Positions 36,038-44,409 of a stretch of DNA of 64,000 nt are shown piece after piece. The position numbers were made by a program, and so were the translations under genes. The stretch is taken from positions 327,155 through 391,154 of the forward strand of contig CAWFXA010000001.1 of assembly GCA_963819655.1 (NCBI GenBank), in the 5' to 3' direction. The notes below the pieces were generated by a model. It ran no database searches. It was not told the DNA's origin and saw only the letters and a program-made list of their open reading frames with translations. This DNA is from an uncultured Chloroflexia bacterium (GTDB lineage Bacteria > Chloroflexota > Limnocylindria > Limnocylindrales > CSP1-4). Within the stretch, counting starts at the first letter, position 1. Each line of letters begins with the position of its first letter.

Positions 36038-37876
36038 TTACGTTACGAGGACGAGGGCGTCGACTGCGATCGCGACGAACAGCAGCGACAGGTAGCTGAT
36101 CGAGTAGCGGTAGAGACTGATCGCCCCCTGGGTCGATGCCTCCTCGGACGATCCACGCCGCCACAGGGCGTACGCCTGCCAGATGAACACCGCTCCCAGG
36201 CCCACGGCGGCTCCGAGATAGATGAGACCCATCCGCGCGACGGGCCACAGGACGAGCGAGATCGCGACCATGAGCAGGGTGTACAGCCCGATCTGACGGG
36301 TCGTCTCGGGGATGCCCCGGACGACGGGCAGCATCGGCACACCCGCAGCGGCGTAGTCCTTGCGAATGCGCAGCGACAGCGCCCAGAAGTGGGGCGGCGT
36401 CCAGTAGAACACCAGCGCGAAGAGGATCAACGCCGGGATCCCGACGTCGCCGGTGACGGCCGCCCAGCCGATGACGGGTGGAAGCGCCCCGGCGGCGCCG
36501 CCGATGACGATGTTCTGGGGTGTCGATCGCTTGAGCAGCATGGTGTAGACGACGACGTAGAAGGCGATGGCCAGAAGCGTGAGGAACGCCGCGAGGAGGT
36601 TGATCGTCCAGGCCATCAGCACGAACGAGATGACGCCAAGGACGACTCCGAAGATCACGGCGTTCTCGGGCTCGACCTGGTGGGCCGGCAATGGTCGTCG
36701 CCTGGTGCGGGTCATGAGCGAGTCGATGTCGCGGTCGAGATAGCAGTTGATGGCGTTGGCGCTCCCCGCCGCGAGCGTGCCGCCGATGAGCGTCCAGGCG
36801 ACAGTCCAACCCCAGTCGCCCCAGTCGATGCCGGGCACCCAGCGGGTGGCGAGCACCATCGCGGGCACGGTCGTGACGAGCAGCAGCTCGATGATCCGCG
36901 GCTTGGTCAATGCGATGTAGGCGCGGATGCGGTCGCCGGTCGTCGGTGGGACGGCTGTCCCCGCTTCGGGCTCGCGCAGGCCGCCGGTGCGGACGGTGCG
37001 GGCCAAGTAGTAGCTCGTGACGGTGAGCCCCACCAGCGTCGCGAGGATCAGGGCACCGAGCGCAAGGTGCAACGTCTGAGTCCAGGCCGACAGTCGAGTC
37101 AGCACCTGCAGCCCGCCGATCGCGACCTGGATCGCGAACAGCAGCGCCGCGCCGACAGCCAGCCTGACGATCGCTGGCTCGTCTCGCTGGGTTCGCCAGG
37201 CGACGATCGCGAGGGCGACGACGATGGCACCGACGACTGCCGCCACCCATCGATGCAGGACATGGGCCGAGGTGACCTCGGTCAGCGGCGGGACGAGCGA
37301 CCCGTTCATCAGGGGCCAATCCGGGAAGACCAACGCGGTGTCGGTCGCGGTGACGTGGGACCCGAAGAGCAGCAGGGCGAACGTCGCCAGCGTCGCGAAT
37401 GCCGCGAGCAGAGTGAACCGCTGGCTACCGCCCCAGCCGCCGACACGGGCCGGGAAACTGGCACGGACCGTGACGTACACCAGCAGTGCCACCAGCAGCA
37501 TCGCCGCGGCCAGGTGCGCGGTGACCGACTCCCCGCTGTTCCCGAGGCGGACCGTCTCGCGTCCGAGCCAGGCCTGGAACCCGACGAGGACCACGGCACC
37601 GAGCGTCGGCCAGAGCAGCGACCGACGGTCGCGATGGTCGACCCAGGCGAGCACCGCCAGGGCCAGGATCTCGAAGCCGATGATCGCCGCGACGGTTCGA
37701 TGGATCCATTCGATCCAGGCCTTCGGATCGTCGAGCGGCGGGAACAGCTGCCCGTGGCACAACGGCCAGTCCGGACAGCCGAGTCCAGAATCGGTGGCGC
37801 GGACGATGACCCCGATCGTCACGAGCAGGATGGCCGTCCCGAGCGTGGTCGCGGCGAGCTTCTGGAAGCGGGTCAC
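36038..37876 (-). CDS. ctaAB: Fused haem A synthase (CtaA/COX15, N-terminal ~300 aa) and haem O synthase / protohaem IX farnesyltransferase (CtaB, C-terminal ~300 aa)
   Basis: CtaA motifs CPDWPLCHG and DWPLMNG with His-containing helices. CtaB motifs YIALTKPRI, NCYLDRDID and YWTPPHFWAL. A single 612-aa ORF with no internal stop. Confidence 0.8.
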   Translation of the reverse strand: MTRFQKLAATTLGTAILLVTIGVIVRATDSGLGCPDWPLCHGQLFPPLDDPKAWIEWIHRTVAAIIGFEILALAVLAWVDHRDRRSLLWPTLGAVVLVGFQAWLGRETVRLGNSGESVTAHLAAAMLLVALLVYVTVRASFPARVGGWGGSQRFTLLAAFATLATFALLLFGSHVTATDTALVFPDWPLMNGSLVPPLTEVTSAHVLHRWVAAVVGAIVVALAIVAWRTQRDEPAIVRLAVGAALLFAIQVAIGGLQVLTRLSAWTQTLHLALGALILATLVGLTVTSYYLARTVRTGGLREPEAGTAVPPTTGDRIRAYIALTKPRIIELLLVTTVPAMVLATRWVPGIDWGDWGWTVAWTLIGGTLAAGSANAINCYLDRDIDSLMTRTRRRPLPAHQVEPENAVIFGVVLGVISFVLMAWTINLLAAFLTLLAIAFYVVVYTMLLKRSTPQNIVIGGAAGALPPVIGWAAVTGDVGIPALILFALVFYWTPPHFWALSLRIRKDYAAAGVPMLPVVRGIPETTRQIGLYTLLMVAISLVLWPVARMGLIYLGAAVGLGAVFIWQAYALWRRGSSEEASTQGAISLYRYSISYLSLLFVAIAVDALVLVT

Positions 37877-37972
37877 CTGATCTCCTGGGGCGCTGGGACG
37901 AGGAGCACGGGCATTCTAGCGCGAGGCAGGCCGCCGACTGCCCCGAACGGGCGCCTCGGCTACGCTTCCGGC

Positions 37973-38929
37973 ATGACCCGATCGACCGCCGTGGTGTTCC
38001 TGTGCGTCGCTCTGTTCGCTGTCCTGGCGTGCGGGCCATCGACGGGCCAGGCGGGCGACGCGTGCCGGACGACGCCGCCGCCGCAGGGGACGCCCGCGGG
38101 GTGGGATGTCGGCTCGCAACGCCCATCGATCTTCCCGTCCGTCATCAACCCTGCCGGCACCGTCGCGTGCGGCCCGAATCGCCTGATGTTCGCGTTCCTC
38201 GACGCGCAGAACGTGCCGGTCGCAGCCCCGGACCGGACCGTCGAGGTCAAGCTCTTCGATCTCGGGGCGGACCCGGCCAGATCGGTCGCGCAGGGTACGG
38301 CGAAATTCATCTGGGCGATCGAGCCGCGGGTCGGTGTCTACGTCGTCGATGTCGACCTGCCGACCGCCGGGAGCTACGGCATCGAGTTCACGACGGCGAT
38401 CGGCGGTGGCTCGCCCGAGGTCATCCGCACCACCCAGGACGTCCAGCCCACCTCGAGCGTCGTCCGGGTCGGCGACAAAGCCCCAGCTTCGGACACGCCG
38501 ACCCTCGCCGACGTGGGCGGTGACGTGTCCAGGATCGCGACCGATCCGGCGCCGGTCGCGGCGTTCTACGAAACATCGATCGCGCAGGCCATCGCCGACA
38601 AGAAGCCGTTCGTGGTGGCATTCGCCACGCCGAAGTTCTGTGCGAGCCAGCAATGCGGCCCAACGCTCGATCGCCTGAAGCCCATTGCCGCCCGGCACCC
38701 CGGCGTGACGGTCATCAATGTCGAGCCGTATGAGCTCGAGCTCCAGGACGGTCAGCTCCAGCCGGTTCTCACCGACAACAACCTGACGCCGGCGGCGTCG
38801 ACGAACGAGTGGCGTCTCCCGACCGAGCCATGGGTGTTCGTGGTGAACCGCGACGGACTCATCACCGCGTCATTGATGATGATCTTCAGCGACGAAGAGC
38901 TCGAGGCTGCTATCACGGCGGTCGAGTGA
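37973..38929 (+). CDS. Thioredoxin-fold lipoprotein (TlpA/SCO-like) with a CxxxC motif
   Basis: Lipobox AVLACG. KPFVVAFATPKFCASQQCGPTLDRLKPIA resembles a thiol-disulfide oxidoreductase or copper-chaperone Trx fold. Confidence 0.5.
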   Translation: MTRSTAVVFLCVALFAVLACGPSTGQAGDACRTTPPPQGTPAGWDVGSQRPSIFPSVINPAGTVACGPNRLMFAFLDAQNVPVAAPDRTVEVKLFDLGADPARSVAQGTAKFIWAIEPRVGVYVVDVDLPTAGSYGIEFTTAIGGGSPEVIRTTQDVQPTSSVVRVGDKAPASDTPTLADVGGDVSRIATDPAPVAAFYETSIAQAIADKKPFVVAFATPKFCASQQCGPTLDRLKPIAARHPGVTVINVEPYELELQDGQLQPVLTDNNLTPAASTNEWRLPTEPWVFVVNRDGLITASLMMIFSDEELEAAITAVE

Positions 38930-38967
38930 CGGCGTCGCGCATCGCGGCTGGGGGCGCCCGCCAACGA

Positions 38968-39185
38968 CGTTGATGCACATTTTCGACGTCCGGACGGCGC
39001 CTTGCCTGGTGATGCGCATGGGCCGCATCAGGTCCGTCCGTGAACGGTCCGATCACGTCTGGTCGCTAGAAGGGATCGCGCCCAGGTCATGCGCTCGAGC
39101 TGCGGGCGCGATCGGGCCCGTTGATGCGGCCTGTGCGCATCAAGGACCAAAGGTCGGCCGCGTAGCGGCCGGCCGCGCCGCTACG
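38968..39185. repeat. Cluster of related inverted repeats in a convergent intergenic region: TTGATGCA half-site, TGATGCG-N7-CGCATCA and TTGATGCG-N7-CGCATCAA, plus a GC hairpin CGTAGCGGC-N7-GCCGCTACG at the 3' end of the minus-strand gene
   Basis: Direct reading at 38970-38977, 39010-39030, 39121-39143 and 39161-39185. Confidence 0.5.
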
Positions 39186-39546
39186 TCGGGGCGTCCTCGA
39201 GGCGGATCGCGAGTCGGTCCGCGCCGTCCAGCCGCCACCAGACGCGGACCGGTTCGGCCGTTGCCTGGTGCTCGGCGAGGTGGCCTGGGGCGAACTCGGT
39301 CCCGTTCGCGAGCGCACGAAGGCTGAACTCGACCAGTTCACCGCCGGCGAGGCGGAGCGTGAAACCACGCACGTCGGCGAGCCCGCTGCTGTCGACGCCG
39401 ACGACGACCCCGGTCATGTCGGTCGTGCCGCCCGGTCGGTCCGGATCGACGACGCCGGTCTCACTCAGCAAGATCGCAGCCACGACGGTCAAGACCACGA
39501 TCGCGGCAAAGAGCGTCGCGAACAGGACGCGAGTCCGGCGATCCAC
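39181..39546 (-). CDS. Small membrane-anchored hypothetical protein (121 aa)
   Basis: N-terminal TM helix VLFATLFAAIVVLTVVAAILL followed by a soluble domain. Confidence 0.4.
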   Translation of the reverse strand: MDRRTRVLFATLFAAIVVLTVVAAILLSETGVVDPDRPGGTTDMTGVVVGVDSSGLADVRGFTLRLAGGELVEFSLRALANGTEFAPGHLAEHQATAEPVRVWWRLDGADRLAIRLEDAPT

Positions 39547-39549
39547 GGC

Positions 39550-40265
39550 TCAGGCTCCGGCCGGGATCCCGCTGGCGACGGTGCTGCCGACGGCTCCTGT
39601 GCTCCCGGGCGCATAAACAGGCTCACCCGCCGCACAACGCGGACAGGTCGCCTCGCCGGGTTCGAATGTCGGGAGGTCGAGCTGCCAGAGCGATCGCACT
39701 GGGTATGTTCGCCCGCTGGTCGGTGAGGTCAGGGTCGCTCGGCCGCCGCTCCGGTCGACGAGGACCGCGCACTCGACGATCTCGCCACCGAGCGCTTCGA
39801 CGGCGGGGATCATGGCGAGCAGCGAGCCGCCGGTCGTGAGGATGTCGTCGACGAGATAGACGCGCTCGGCGGGCCGGATCGTGAACCCGCGCCGGAATTC
39901 GCGGTGCGTGGCGCCGTCGTCGTCGCGCACCTCCTCCGCGAAGATGCCGCGTGTCCCGAGCTGCCGTGCCGTTTCGAACGCGAGGACGATGCCGCCGGTC
40001 GTCGGGCCGGCCACGAGGTCGACGAGCGGCGGGGCTCCATCTCCGGCCAGGCCGCGGATCCGGGCGACCCAGAACCCACACAGCTCGCTGGTCGCGGCCG
40101 GGTCGGACAGCACCGCGAACTTCTCGACGTAGGCGTCGCCGTGCCGGCCACTCTTCAACAGGAAGTGGCCTTCGCGGAACGCGCCAGAGGCCCGGAACAG
40201 TTCCTCGGTCCGTGCCGCGACGGCGGCTCGAACGGCAAGGTCGACAGCGGGCTTGATCGTGGTCA
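39550..40265 (-). CDS. pyrE: Orotate phosphoribosyltransferase
   Basis: PRPP-binding loop VYLVDDILTTGGS. GTG start VTTIKPAVDL. C-terminal extension with CPRC. Confidence 0.8.
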
Positions 40266-40309
40266 CGGGACCAGTGTAGGCGGGGTGACCTCTGAGCCGG
40301 AGCAACGGG

Positions 40310-41302
40310 TCAGGGTCGATACTCGACGCCCTTGGCCGACGGAGCGGCCGCCCGCTTCGGCAGGGCCGTCCCGACGAGATCGCGATGCGAACCGACCGCG
40401 ACGCGGCGACACTCCGCCGCCAGCTCGTCGATGAGGCGGACCGGGAGGGTCGGGTCGGCGAAGATCGCGGTCCCGACCTGGACCGCGACCGCCCCGACGG
40501 CCAGGAAATCCAGGACGTCGGCGAGCTCGGTGACGCCGCCGATCGCCACGATCGGGATGCGGACCGTCTGTGCCGCCTCGTACACGACCCGCAGCGCGAT
40601 CGGCTTGACTGCCGGGCCACTCAGCCCGCCGTAGATGTTGCCAAGGAGCGGCCTGTGCCGGTCGGGCGCAACGGCGATCCCGGACAACGTGTTGATCGCG
40701 GTCAGTGCGTCAGCGCCCGCATCCTCGATGGCGCGGGCGATCGGGCGGATGTCGGCGACGTTCGGGGAGAGCTTGACGAGGAGCGGCAGGTCGGTGGCAC
40801 GCCGGACCGCGGCGGTCACCTCGGCCGCAGCGTCTGGATCGATCGCGAACTGCAGCCCATCGCGACCGACGTTCGGACACGAGATATTGAGCTCGATGCC
40901 GGCGATGCCGGGCACGCCCTCGAGTCGACGCGTCACGGCGACGTAATCGCCGACCGACTCACCGGCGACATTGACGATGACCGGCACCTTCCAGCCGGCC
41001 CAGGTCGCGGCGTACTTCTCGACGACCGCGTCGACGCCCGGGTTTTGGAGGCCGATCGAGTTCAGCATCCCGCCCGGTGTCTCCGTGACGCGCGGCGTCG
41101 GGTTGCCGATGCGCGGCTTGAGCGTCGTTCCTTTGCAGCAGATCGCCCCGAGCCGATCGATCTCGACGACCTCGCCATATTCGACGCCATAGCCGAACGT
41201 CCCCGACGCCACGAGGATCGGGTTGCGCAGCACTAGCCCGCGGCCGAGGTCGACTGTCAGGTCGATGTCGGTGGCTTCCGGCGCCGACGACCCGGCGACC
41301 AT
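40310..41302 (-). CDS. pyrD: Dihydroorotate dehydrogenase, class 1B catalytic subunit
   Basis: LRNPILVASGTFGYG, NSIGLQNPG, IELNISCPN and IVAIGGV. Start taken at MVAGSSAPE; the in-frame upstream extension is Arg-rich. Confidence 0.8.
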   Translation of the reverse strand: MVAGSSAPEATDIDLTVDLGRGLVLRNPILVASGTFGYGVEYGEVVEIDRLGAICCKGTTLKPRIGNPTPRVTETPGGMLNSIGLQNPGVDAVVEKYAATWAGWKVPVIVNVAGESVGDYVAVTRRLEGVPGIAGIELNISCPNVGRDGLQFAIDPDAAAEVTAAVRRATDLPLLVKLSPNVADIRPIARAIEDAGADALTAINTLSGIAVAPDRHRPLLGNIYGGLSGPAVKPIALRVVYEAAQTVRIPIVAIGGVTELADVLDFLAVGAVAVQVGTAIFADPTLPVRLIDELAAECRRVAVGSHRDLVGTALPKRAAAPSAKGVEYRP

Positions 41303-41436
41303 CGCCGACGGCGCGACCGACGCGACTCGGGGGCGCGGCGTGGCCTGCACGATCGCCGGGCGCACCCGACGCACCGTCGGTGTCCGCTTGGCACCCGCCG
41401 GCCGGCCGTTGCCCGTGACGACGCGGCGTTTTGCTC

Positions 41437-42306
41437 TCACGACCAGGCGCCCTCCCAGGCCAGCTCCTCGCTCGCGAAGACCGGGCCTTCGCGGCACACG
41501 CGTTGCGGCGTGCCGGTCACGCTCATCACGACGCAGCCGAGGCACGCCCCCACCGCACATCCCATGTTCTGCTCCATCGACACCTGGAGGTACGCCTTCC
41601 GGCGCGCGGCGGGTGACCCGAGAGCTGCAGTCCGGCCCGCGCCGCGCTTGCGGCCGAGCTTCGCCACCCCGAGTCGCTGCCGGCGACCCTCGGCCTGCTT
41701 CGCGAGCGCCTTGAGCATCCCGGTCGGACCGCAGGCGAACGCCTGGTCGGCCCAGCCCTCGTAGTCCGGCACGAGATCGGTGACGAAACCGTGATGGCCC
41801 AGCGAGCCGTCGTCGGTCGCGACCACGTACTCGACCTCGTCGGGCAGGAGATTCGATGGATACACCTCGCGGGCGCTCGACGCTCCGAACAGCAGCGTCA
41901 CCTGGCGGCCGTCGCGGATCGCCTCATCGGCCAGCATCCGGACCCCGGCCATCCCGAGGCCACCGGCGATGAGCAACAGATGGCGGCTCCGCGGATCGAC
42001 TTCGAACGGGCGCCCGAGAGGACCCAGCAGGTCGATGGCGTCGCCCGGCCGCAGCCGGGTGAACCACTCCGTGCCGCGGCCGATGACGCGGAAATGGATC
42101 GTGACGATGCCGGTGGCAGGGTCGGCTGTGTTCAACGAGAAGGGGCGCCGAAGGACGAGGCCCGAGAAGTCGCCCGTGCGAACGTGGACGAACTGGCCGG
42201 CGCGCGACCCGTTCGCGAGATCGGGTGCGTGATACGCCTGGAGCCACTGACCCGGCAGGATCTCGCGACTCTCGACAAGCTCGGCCGCGGCGAGCCGCAT
42301 CGTCAC
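41437..42306 (-). CDS. pyrK: Dihydroorotate dehydrogenase electron-transfer subunit (FAD/NAD-binding, 2Fe-2S)
   Basis: Ferredoxin-reductase-like fold (RPFSL, LIAGGLGMAGV) and a C-terminal Cys cluster MGCAVGACLGCVV...C. Contains an Arg/Lys-rich insertion (KQAEGRRQRLGVAKLGRKRGAGR) before the Cys cluster. Confidence 0.75.
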   Translation of the reverse strand: MTMRLAAAELVESREILPGQWLQAYHAPDLANGSRAGQFVHVRTGDFSGLVLRRPFSLNTADPATGIVTIHFRVIGRGTEWFTRLRPGDAIDLLGPLGRPFEVDPRSRHLLLIAGGLGMAGVRMLADEAIRDGRQVTLLFGASSAREVYPSNLLPDEVEYVVATDDGSLGHHGFVTDLVPDYEGWADQAFACGPTGMLKALAKQAEGRRQRLGVAKLGRKRGAGRTAALGSPAARRKAYLQVSMEQNMGCAVGACLGCVVMSVTGTPQRVCREGPVFASEELAWEGAWS

Positions 42307-43328
42307 GCGGTCGGGCGGCCCTCCGTGCCCTCGTCGGCGGCGGACTCGTCCTCGGCCTCGTCCTCAGCGCTTTCGCCGTCGTCCTCGGCGGTTTCGCCGT
42401 CGCCCTCGGCGACCTCGGTCTCGGCGGCGGCGGTGTCGGCCTCAGCGCCGGGCGTGGCCTCCTCGTCGTCGATGTCACTCCCGGCGGCGGCGGCCGCGAA
42501 CTCAGGGGCGACCGACGGGTAGGCATCGGCCAGCGCGTCGGCGAGGTCCCCGAAGACATCGGTCGGGTCGTAGAACTCGACCAGCTCGTCGGGCCCCGTG
42601 AGGGTCCGCCACGAGCCGTCGGCCTCCTCGGGCACGACCTCCGCGCGGAACTCCCCGGTCGAGGTCAGGATGAGTCGCTCGTCGTCGTCGTCGACGATCA
42701 CGAGATCACCGATGAGGTTCGAGGCGGTCGCCGCGGCCGTCTCGAAATCGTCGAGCAGTCGCGCCTCGGTCCGCTGGCTGCGCTCCTGGTACTCGAGAGC
42801 CAGGTCGTACAGCCGCCGGGACGCTGCCTCGTCGTCGGCCAGATCGACATCGGCTGGCTGCCCCGCTGCCCACGAGTCGGCGGCGGCGGCGTAGGGGTCC
42901 TCACCACCCAGGCTGACGGTCTCTTCGGGGGCGATGCCCGCGGCCTCGAGCATCTCGTCGGTGGCGGTCGGTTCCTCGGTGAGACCGGCGGCCTCCTTGG
43001 CGGCCTCGGTGAAGGCTGCGTAGACGTCGGCCGGGTTGTACAGCTCGACCAGCTCCGAGGCCGTTTCGATGACTTCGGTCTCGCTCACCCAGTCGCCGGT
43101 CAGGTCGTCGAGGAAGCGCGTGCGGCTGCGGAACGTGCTGTCGGGTGCGATCGACAGGTAATCGGGCTCCTCATCGATCAGCGTCAGCCCGCCATAGGCG
43201 GCGATGCGCTCCTTGTGGCGGTCCAGGAACCGGCGCAGCTGGTCGGTCGACTGGACGAGGAAATCGGACCGCTCGAGGGCAGCGTCAGCCGCGATCTCGC
43301 CGAGCAGGTCGTTGCGGCCCGTATCCAT
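42303..43328 (-). CDS. Acidic hypothetical protein with two internal ~110-aa repeats and a poly-acidic C-terminal tail, translationally coupled (ATGA) to pyrK
   Basis: GGAGG RBS 6 nt upstream of ATG MDTGRNDLL. Repeats end ELVELYNPADVYAAF and ELVEFYDPTDVFGDL. The tail is AEGDGETAEDDGESAEDEAEDESAADEG. Confidence 0.55.
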   Translation of the reverse strand: MDTGRNDLLGEIAADAALERSDFLVQSTDQLRRFLDRHKERIAAYGGLTLIDEEPDYLSIAPDSTFRSRTRFLDDLTGDWVSETEVIETASELVELYNPADVYAAFTEAAKEAAGLTEEPTATDEMLEAAGIAPEETVSLGGEDPYAAAADSWAAGQPADVDLADDEAASRRLYDLALEYQERSQRTEARLLDDFETAAATASNLIGDLVIVDDDDERLILTSTGEFRAEVVPEEADGSWRTLTGPDELVEFYDPTDVFGDLADALADAYPSVAPEFAAAAAGSDIDDEEATPGAEADTAAAETEVAEGDGETAEDDGESAEDEAEDESAADEGTEGRPTA

Positions 43329-43408
43329 GGTTCGCCTCCTGTTCGGTTCGTCGCCCGGTGGCAGGACTTCGCGTCGAATTCCCAATGGTGCTCCTCGCTT
43401 GGCCTGGG

Positions 43409-43744
43409 TCAGGGATGGTATTCGAGGTCGGGGCCCATGCGCTCGCGCAGGAACATCGAATGATGGCGCTCGAAGATCCATTCGCCGGCCCGATGGCCGA
43501 GGGCGCGGGTCCCTTCGTCGGCCTCGAGCTTGTCGAGGGTCGCGTAATCGGGCAGATCGAGGAGGATGACGTTGTCGAAATCCCAGCCGTGCGCGACGTT
43601 GTACCAGCCGATGAACCGGATACCGAACCGCTCCTCGTACTCCTTCAACTGGCGCGGGAACAGAGTCTTCATGAAGAACTTGAAGAACGGGTCGCGGCCG
43701 CGGCGGACGGAGAAGTAGGTCGCGAGCACGGGCATGTGACCCAT
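43409..43744 (-). CDS. Small conserved hypothetical protein (~110 aa)
   Basis: Well-formed sequence MGHMPVLATYFSVRRGRDPFFKFFMKTLFPRQLKEYEERFGIRFIGWYNVAHGWDFDNVILLDLPDYATLDKLE... The longer in-frame upstream extension runs through a tandem repeat and is Arg/Pro-rich. Confidence 0.45.
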   Translation of the reverse strand: MGHMPVLATYFSVRRGRDPFFKFFMKTLFPRQLKEYEERFGIRFIGWYNVAHGWDFDNVILLDLPDYATLDKLEADEGTRALGHRAGEWIFERHHSMFLRERMGPDLEYHP

Positions 43745-43753
43745 TGTGTCATG

Positions 43754-43998
43754 GGGTCGCCGGCCCTCGCGGGGCCGCCCGGGTCGCGCCCCGGGTCGCG
43801 CCGGCCCTCGCGGGGCCGCCCGGGTTGCGCCCCCTGGTCGGTCACCGGGTGACCGAACGAGCGGATGAACCGCCACGATCGGTTCGTCCGAGGCCGATCG
43901 TTCGTCGATCCGGTCACGGGGTGACTGAACGGGCCTCTACCGCCCGGTCAGAGAGTCGCTGGAGCCGGGGCGTTCGTCGGTTCGGTCACCGGGTGACC
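43754..43998. repeat. Repeat cluster: two tandem copies of a ~40-bp unit (GGGTCGCGCCGGCCCTCGCGGGGCCGCCCGGGTYGCGCCCC) followed by three copies of the 15-bp palindrome GGTCACCGGGTGACC
   Basis: Direct reading. Palindromes at 43840-43854 (perfect), 43912-43926 (GGTCACGGGGTGACT) and 43984-43998 (perfect). Copies 1 and 2 share the extended unit GGTCACSGGGTGACYGAACGRGC. Confidence 0.6.
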
Positions 43999-44387
43999 CG
44001 TCGACCACCGAAGTCGCCTCGTCCTCGAGCTCGCCGACTGTCCGCGTGGCACTGCCCATCGGTCGTCGCCGGCTGCGGCGATCAGCCGCGACCAGGCGGA
44101 GCAGGAAGATGATCGTCTGCCCGGTCGTAAGGAGCAGGCCGATGACCGCGAACAGCAGCGCGGCGCTCACGGCCTCCGGCCAGCGCCACGCGACGCTCAG
44201 CGGCGTGAGGACGACGAACACAGCCAGCACCGCGAGCTGGAATCGGAAGCAACCCAATCCGGGACCACGCTGGGCCTCCAGGTCCGCCCCCTTGTACTGA
44301 ACCGGGCCCGACGGCCGCGGTGGCCGTGGCGGAGTCGGGTCGGTGTCGGTCGCGGCGGTCGCGTCGATCTGCGGGTCGGTCTCGGTC
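43937..44387 (-). CDS. Hypothetical membrane protein (~150 aa)
   Basis: Hydrophobic segments FRFQLAVLAVFVVLTPL and AALLFAVIGLLLTTGQTIIFLL. GTG start assumed. The C-terminal tail runs through palindrome copy 3, so the 3' extent is uncertain. Confidence 0.35.
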
Positions 44388-44409
44388 ACGAGCGGGAACG
44401 ATACGGGAG

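Noticed and set aside
35771-37972. 1052-aa plus-strand ORF running antisense through ctaAB into the Trx-like lipoprotein gene
   Set aside because: Only the last ~318 codons (from ATG 37973, with signal peptide and lipobox) look like a real protein. The rest is a stop-free GC-rich antisense frame of the ctaA-ctaB fusion.
39655-39675. tRNA T-loop-like string GGTTCGAATG
   Set aside because: The flanking bases cannot form a T-stem or an acceptor stem. The motif lies inside the pyrE coding sequence (CPRCAAGEPVY region). No tRNA-like cloverleaf is present anywhere in the window.
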